This document shows, piece after piece, positions 35,243 through 39,249 of a DNA stretch of 39,249 bases. A program made the position numbers and the translations under genes. The notes below the pieces were generated by a model. The model was not told the DNA's origin, did not search any database, and saw nothing but the letters and a program-made list of their open reading frames with translations. The DNA lies in IMG/VR virus record IMGVR_UViG_3300014202_001563, positions 1 through 39,249 of that record, one strand, 5' to 3'. Numbering within the stretch: the stretch's first letter is position 1; each line of letters begins with the position of its first letter. The stretch is from a virus. Its lineage: Duplodnaviria; Caudoviricetes.

Positions 35243-35869
35243 TTAGAATCCTTTAATCTTAGATCCTTTAAACAGATCATTATAAACTTTCTTTTCACCA
35301 CTCGTTACGCTTTTAAAACTCATGTTATTGGTAACTTTATCAATTATCGAATTCAGTTTTTTTTTATCATTGTTAATAACTTGTTCAATATTTTCTGAAT
35401 TTTTTATTATATTCTTATCTTTATCTACATTCTTAACCTTATTGTTTGTGTCGGTTCTGCTGTCGTGTTGTTGCTTGAGTTGCTGTATGCTTTGCTGTTC
35501 AAGCAGCTGCATACTTTGCTGTATATCCTCTGTGTATAAACCGTTATATATGTCCCAATTAGTAATTGTTATTACAGTTGTTACAAAAGTAATTCTGCTG
35601 CTTATCATTTCCTTTTTTTCAAGGTAATTTAAGAACTTACTCACTGTCTGCCGGTTCCATTTCCACCGCTTCGATAATGAAAGTTGACTCCAGCATAGCT
35701 CACCCGGTTCAAGCTCTACTTGAACATGCCTTATAAACACCGTTCTTTTCATATAACTTGCAAGCATAAGCAGATCCATCCACGCTTGCCACCTGGTAAA
35801 ACGTTCAGCGAAATACAGATCGTTATCTTCTGATTTCCGGTAAAACTTTATATAACCTGCTTTTGCCAT
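35243..35869 (-). CDS. Phage replication initiator (wHTH, lambda O/replisome-organizer-like)
   Basis: GYIKFYRK, W..LLMLA, LSKRWKW...V..FL..LE..MI, ITITNWDIY; internal repeats. Confidence 0.85.
   Translation of the reverse strand: MAKAGYIKFYRKSEDNDLYFAERFTRWQAWMDLLMLASYMKRTVFIRHVQVELEPGELCWSQLSLSKRWKWNRQTVSKFLNYLEKKEMISSRITFVTTVITITNWDIYNGLYTEDIQQSMQLLEQQSIQQLKQQHDSRTDTNNKVKNVDKDKNIIKNSENIEQVINNDKKKLNSIIDKVTNNMSFKSVTSGEKKVYNDLFKGSKIKGF
35458..35540. repeat. 12-bp-period iteron-like repeats (putative replication origin)
   Basis: tgttgcttgagt, tgctgtatgctt, tgctgttcaagc, agctgcatactt, tgctgtatatcc at 35469/35481/35493/35505/35517; AT-rich tract adjacent (about 35340-35450). Confidence 0.7.
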
Positions 35870-35874
35870 TTACC

Positions 35875-35911
35875 TAAAAATTAAAATTAGGCCGGTTAAA
35901 CTCACCGGCCC
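35875..35911 (-). terminator. Intrinsic terminator-like hairpin upstream of initiator gene
   Basis: GGCCGGT-GAGTTTA-ACCGGCC followed by TAATTTTAATTTTT on minus strand. Confidence 0.65.
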
Positions 35912-35927
35912 CAATACAACCACCAAA

Positions 35928-36644
35928 CTAAAGGATCAAGAGATTGGAATTCAACGCTCCAGCCTCTTTAAAGATGTACTCCTTGATCCTTTTTACAGCC
36001 TCTATCTGCCACGCTCCACCATCAGCCTCAAATAAAGCGAATGATGGCTCTCCCTGGCCGGATCTGCCCCGGATAATAAATGGACTTTCAACCTGTTCAA
36101 CCTCCGAAAATGTTCTTTTCGGATTAAGTTTAACCGGGTTCTGCAATGGTACATTTTCCAGCCTGGTAATACCTACCCTGGCTGTTACTTCCTGGGTAAT
36201 ACCATCATCAAGCCTTGAGATTACCTGCCCATCTTTAATATTTCCGATCAGTTTCAGCAGCGTAGTTTTTTCCGGAGTTTCCTCAAATTGACTTTGCATC
36301 AAAATGATGAATTCCTCTACACCATAGTAATACCCGAATTTGAAAGTAAAATAACCGAATGATGTCGCTAAATAACAAGCCCTGTCCTGGTAAAGCTCAT
36401 CCAGCGATCCTCTCACCTGTACAGTACTGGTATCACATGTTACTACCAGCTTTGTATCTGCCGGTTCTGATTTAATATACCCTACAACCCCGGCAAGCCC
36501 CTGTACTGATAAGGCTGTCGGTAATGGAGGATTAATTATTTCAAAATCCCTCCCAAACGTAAAGTACTTGCGTTTATCAACTTCTACGATCTTATCCGCA
36601 CCCTTTACGAAATCAAATAAATACGTGATTAATTCTTTAAGCAT
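35928..36644 (-). CDS. Conserved phage protein (DUF2303/YfdQ-like)
   Basis: DDGITQEV, LNPKRTFSEVEQ, ALFEADGGAW motifs. Confidence 0.7.
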   Translation of the reverse strand: MLKELITYLFDFVKGADKIVEVDKRKYFTFGRDFEIINPPLPTALSVQGLAGVVGYIKSEPADTKLVVTCDTSTVQVRGSLDELYQDRACYLATSFGYFTFKFGYYYGVEEFIILMQSQFEETPEKTTLLKLIGNIKDGQVISRLDDGITQEVTARVGITRLENVPLQNPVKLNPKRTFSEVEQVESPFIIRGRSGQGEPSFALFEADGGAWQIEAVKRIKEYIFKEAGALNSNLLIL

Positions 36645-36653
36645 GTTTATTTT

Positions 36654-36851
36654 TTACCCTTTCGGAACTTGTGTAAGTTCACTTTGATTTTCAAATGCGT
36701 TTAACTGCTGGATGTCATTGTCCCTGGCTATTAAACCGGATTTTGTTTTGCCGATAAACAAAACATTCTCATAACCAATAGCCTTGGCAAGTTTTACATC
36801 ATAAGTCATTCCGTAATTAACTGCATCCCTGGTTTTTGTCGGTACAAAAAA
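36654..36851 (-). pseudogene. C-terminal half of the usual small partner gene (YfdP-like) of the downstream protein
   Basis: VPTKTRD..V....KLAK..G.E..LFIGK..G..A matches the partner's C-half pattern; N-half absent; begins at T6 run inside upstream RAMP ORF. Confidence 0.55.
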
Positions 36852-37234
36852 TCCAGTTCCCACTCATAAAAAATTGGCCGGGAACGCATGATCTTATTTT
36901 TCTGTATATTAACCGGCTTCTTATCAACACTCCACTTTGGAAATTTATGTGGAATGAAATCCGGCTCCACAAATACACCCGATTTCAAAAAATCCAAATA
37001 AGTTTTTCTGCCGGAGTATTTAAAATTCACACCGGCTTTCTGCATACTTCTTTCAAAATGCTCTGCTGGCTGATAAATTATACCTCCGTTTATATAAAGC
37101 CTTTTCTCTGCCTCCTCCTGATCATTATATTCTTTTTTGGTTTTCTTATTACCGCTTTCATCAGTAAATTTATTCATAAGAAGTGGAGAAGTACCCTTTA
37201 CCGTTACTCTGAAAATTCTTTCTTCATTCTGCAT
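36806..37234 (-). pseudogene. Stand-alone RAMP/Cas7-fold protein, C-terminally truncated
   Basis: VTVKGTSPLLMN, IYQPAEHFERSM, D...V....RSRPIFYEWELDF; ends 13 aa later with no C-terminal helix or glycine-rich loop. Confidence 0.7.
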
Positions 37235-37616
37235 TTTTTTTCTTTCCTTTTGGTTTATAATTATTACCTGCTATTTGTACCATTTTACAATCAACTATTT
37301 TCCAGTCAATACCCCAATTCATTTTACGCCTTTTATACCGTTTCTTAATAATCTCCACTGTTACCGGCCTCAAATTATCCTTATACCAGTTCAGATTTAA
37401 AAAGTACTCCAGCATAAATAATACATCCATTGGCATTATATTCAGATCCAGCGAAACAGCCTCTACCGGAAACCTTTCATTTACTCCCCAGCCATAGCCA
37501 TGTTTGGTAAATGAATCCCATAGCTGCCCCTTAGTTATTCCGGTAAAAGCACGTTTCCGCTTAACCTTGCCGTAATCATATTCAGCCTCACGATATACAC
37601 CTGGATCATACATCAA
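37224..37616 (-). CDS. Hypothetical protein
   Basis: 130-aa ORF overlapping neighbours at both ends. Confidence 0.55.
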   Translation of the reverse strand: MMYDPGVYREAEYDYGKVKRKRAFTGITKGQLWDSFTKHGYGWGVNERFPVEAVSLDLNIMPMDVLFMLEYFLNLNWYKDNLRPVTVEIIKKRYKRRKMNWGIDWKIVDCKMVQIAGNNYKPKGKKKNAE

Positions 37617-38140
37617 TTTTTCAGACTTTCATCAAAATCTTTCAAAGTTAAATCACCCGAATTAAGGCTCATGAGCAATGATCTACCGGATACCACCCCG
37701 GCATTATACTGATCTTTACACATCTTGCTAACCAGTATATACATATCATGCAAAATTTTCCAATTCTCTTTATCAATCGATATTGGAATATCCCACTGAT
37801 ACTTATCACCGATTCCATATTCTTCACCTTTGAAAAAATACCGCTTATAATCTTTGTCATTAGTTAATGCATCCCAATCTAAGTACACCGATAATTTTTC
37901 AACTACCTGGTGAAATAAATCTTGAAATTCAGGCTCATAATCCTCCTTTGTTGAAATATAAGGTAGTGCATAAGATTTTTCTTTTCCAATAACAATAACA
38001 TTATTGTCATTTTTCTTTAGCTGTTCCAGTAGTTTAGGATATTCAGCAACAGCCTTTCTGCAATCCTCACACAAAACCGGTTTCTTTCTTTGCCAATAAG
38101 TGTTTTTTTTACCACATCCCACACATACATAATCACGCAT
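37613..38140 (-). CDS. Hypothetical protein with N-terminal Zn ribbon
   Basis: CVGC...CEDC. Confidence 0.65.
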   Translation of the reverse strand: MRDYVCVGCGKKNTYWQRKKPVLCEDCRKAVAEYPKLLEQLKKNDNNVIVIGKEKSYALPYISTKEDYEPEFQDLFHQVVEKLSVYLDWDALTNDKDYKRYFFKGEEYGIGDKYQWDIPISIDKENWKILHDMYILVSKMCKDQYNAGVVSGRSLLMSLNSGDLTLKDFDESLKN

Positions 38141-38615
38141 CCACCACCCACTTTCCGGTTTCTATGGCACGTTCCATCAGCAGCCATTCAAGATCAGCCT
38201 TTTGAAAATCATAAAGATATCTTATCGTAAATGTAATGGCATCCTCTTTCAGCTTAAGGTATGGATGATACACCGGCTCGAAATCCATTCCCTTGTATAT
38301 CCAGCAATCAGATCTCCAGTCAAAGTACATGCACTTCCCGATCTTCTCACGCAAGGCCGGATCATTAACCATATCACACCGGTTTATGTAAAAATCTATC
38401 CGGTAATCCTGATCCATCAGCCGGGTAATAAGCTCAACCTTATCAACATCACAATCCCATACATCAGCCGCTACCCTGGATTCCGGATCAAATTCATACA
38501 TCACCCAGAAGTCTTTATCACCATGCACAAGATCACTTTCGTATTCTGCCATAAGGTTTTTTATAAACCGAACATTTTTTAATTCCTTTGGCTGCATTGC
38601 TCCTATTACGCTCAT
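38133..38615 (-). CDS. Hypothetical protein
   Basis: 160 aa, ATGA-coupled. Confidence 0.6.
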   Translation of the reverse strand: MSVIGAMQPKELKNVRFIKNLMAEYESDLVHGDKDFWVMYEFDPESRVAADVWDCDVDKVELITRLMDQDYRIDFYINRCDMVNDPALREKIGKCMYFDWRSDCWIYKGMDFEPVYHPYLKLKEDAITFTIRYLYDFQKADLEWLLMERAIETGKWVVDA

Positions 38616-38938
38616 ATCGATCCTACCTTTCTTACCTGTTTTATCTTTTCTTTGCTCATCCAGCCTACAACCGTATCACATTCATCAATTCCCGGCATCA
38701 TTGTGGCAACTTCGATCCTGTAATTGTCAAGTTCACCGGCATCATAACCCAGCAGTTCACATAATCTGCTTTTTGAAATATCAATATCATAGTTCACTAT
38801 TACAGGATTCATAAAGATTGTATTCCCAAAATGAAAAATATGACAAACAAACACATCACCATTCCACACAAATATATTCTGCAAATTTGCCTGGATAGTT
38901 TTGTAATTATCCTTGCTTTCCACTTTACCTAATGTCAT
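38612..38938 (-). CDS. Hypothetical protein
   Basis: 108 aa, TAATG-coupled. Confidence 0.6.
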   Translation of the reverse strand: MTLGKVESKDNYKTIQANLQNIFVWNGDVFVCHIFHFGNTIFMNPVIVNYDIDISKSRLCELLGYDAGELDNYRIEVATMMPGIDECDTVVGWMSKEKIKQVRKVGSI

Positions 38939-39141
38939 TAGCTGTTCTCCTCCTCATCTACCCAGTTCTTTTTGGAACATACTCCGCAGATACCTGAAAC
39001 CAGAAAATCCCGATCATCTTTAGCAAGATCCGGCATTGCCTCTTTGATTGCCTTACCCTCTTTCCAGGCAATATATTCCTTAGTCGTTAGCTCAAGGGTT
39101 ACTGTATTCTCACACATCACGCAGCGTTTTGATACAACCAT
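38938..39141 (-). CDS. Small Zn-binding phage protein
   Basis: CVMC...RDFLVSGICGVC; SD GAGGAGG. Confidence 0.7.
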   Translation of the reverse strand: MVVSKRCVMCENTVTLELTTKEYIAWKEGKAIKEAMPDLAKDDRDFLVSGICGVCSKKNWVDEEENS

Positions 39142-39144
39142 AGC

Positions 39145-39249
39145 TCAATTCCTCCTCTCGTTTAAGTTCTGTACTAACAGCCTTACCTGGTCATTTTCCA
39201 AATCATGCTGCATTTCAAATTTGAAACCCAGCTTACTTAAAGCATCCAT
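39145..39249 (-). CDS. Short or 5'-truncated ORF at window edge
   Basis: MDALSKLGFKFEMQHDLENDQVRLLVQNLNERRN-stop open to the edge. Confidence 0.45.
   Translation of the reverse strand: MDALSKLGFKFEMQHDLENDQVRLLVQNLNERRN

Larger units (their letters stand above)
1..39249 (-). mobile_element. Tailed phage/prophage genome segment (podovirus-like gene order); ends and att sites not in window
   Basis: Co-directional, tightly overlapping genes (ATGA/TAATG junctions) with terminase, portal, scaffold, capsid, adaptors, nozzle, ejection and lysis-like genes; no host housekeeping genes or integrase seen. Confidence 0.95.

Noticed and set aside
37240-37400. Possible degenerate short-period guide array upstream of the RAMP gene (ttgactggaaaatag / ttgattgtaaaatgg)
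   Set aside because: Only one weak 15-nt duplication; GG spacings are irregular with no 5-nt periodicity; lies within an open 130-aa ORF
11165-37860. Nested alternative-frame minus-strand ORFs (e.g. 11165-11497, 12734-12943, 15312-15500, 21309-21539, 22637-22825, 25701-25919, 37669-37860)
   Set aside because: M/L/I/K-rich off-frame products of D/E-rich host genes; no start signals or motifs
71-38582. Numerous plus-strand ORFs of 60-170 aa in the ORF track
   Set aside because: All lie antisense to well-supported minus-strand genes, have S/F/L-rich shadow composition and no motifs
1-39249. tRNA/rRNA genes, stop-codon reassignment, endolysin, integrase
   Set aside because: No intergenic space with cloverleaf features; genes are full length in the standard code; no lysin or recombinase motifs recognised in this window

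Overview
The whole window is a segment of a tailed dsDNA phage or prophage with podovirus-like gene order, and every credible gene is on the minus strand. Read in transcription direction (right to left), it starts with small early/middle genes. These include a C-terminally truncated RAMP/Cas7-fold gene, a replication initiator with internal iterons, a stand-alone JAB/MPN metalloprotease and a LuxR-type HTH regulator. Next come the small and large terminase and an inserted putative DNA-modification cassette (PAPS-reductase-like, XRE HTH, XF1762/Mom-like). The head module follows: portal, a multi-pass membrane protein, scaffold and a DUF5309/SU10-type major capsid. After it are three adaptor-ring proteins, a split tail nozzle and the ejection proteins, ending in a 4236-aa polyvalent DarB-like protein (RelA/SpoT-like, adenine MTase, SF2 helicase, zincin, LPD38-like). 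The window ends with secreted proteins and holin/spanin-like genes. Most notable observations: (1) scaffold and major capsid share a homologous ~30-aa hydrophobic N-terminal leader and sit beside a membrane protein in the usual head-protease slot. (2) Two identical 22-bp boxes lie exactly 15 nt upstream of TAnnTTTG elements and define a phage late promoter. (3) A stand-alone RAMP gene has lost its 3' end and downstream DNA by deletion. (4) CCGG and GATC are strongly enriched. Family assignments come from motif recognition by eye, not database searches.
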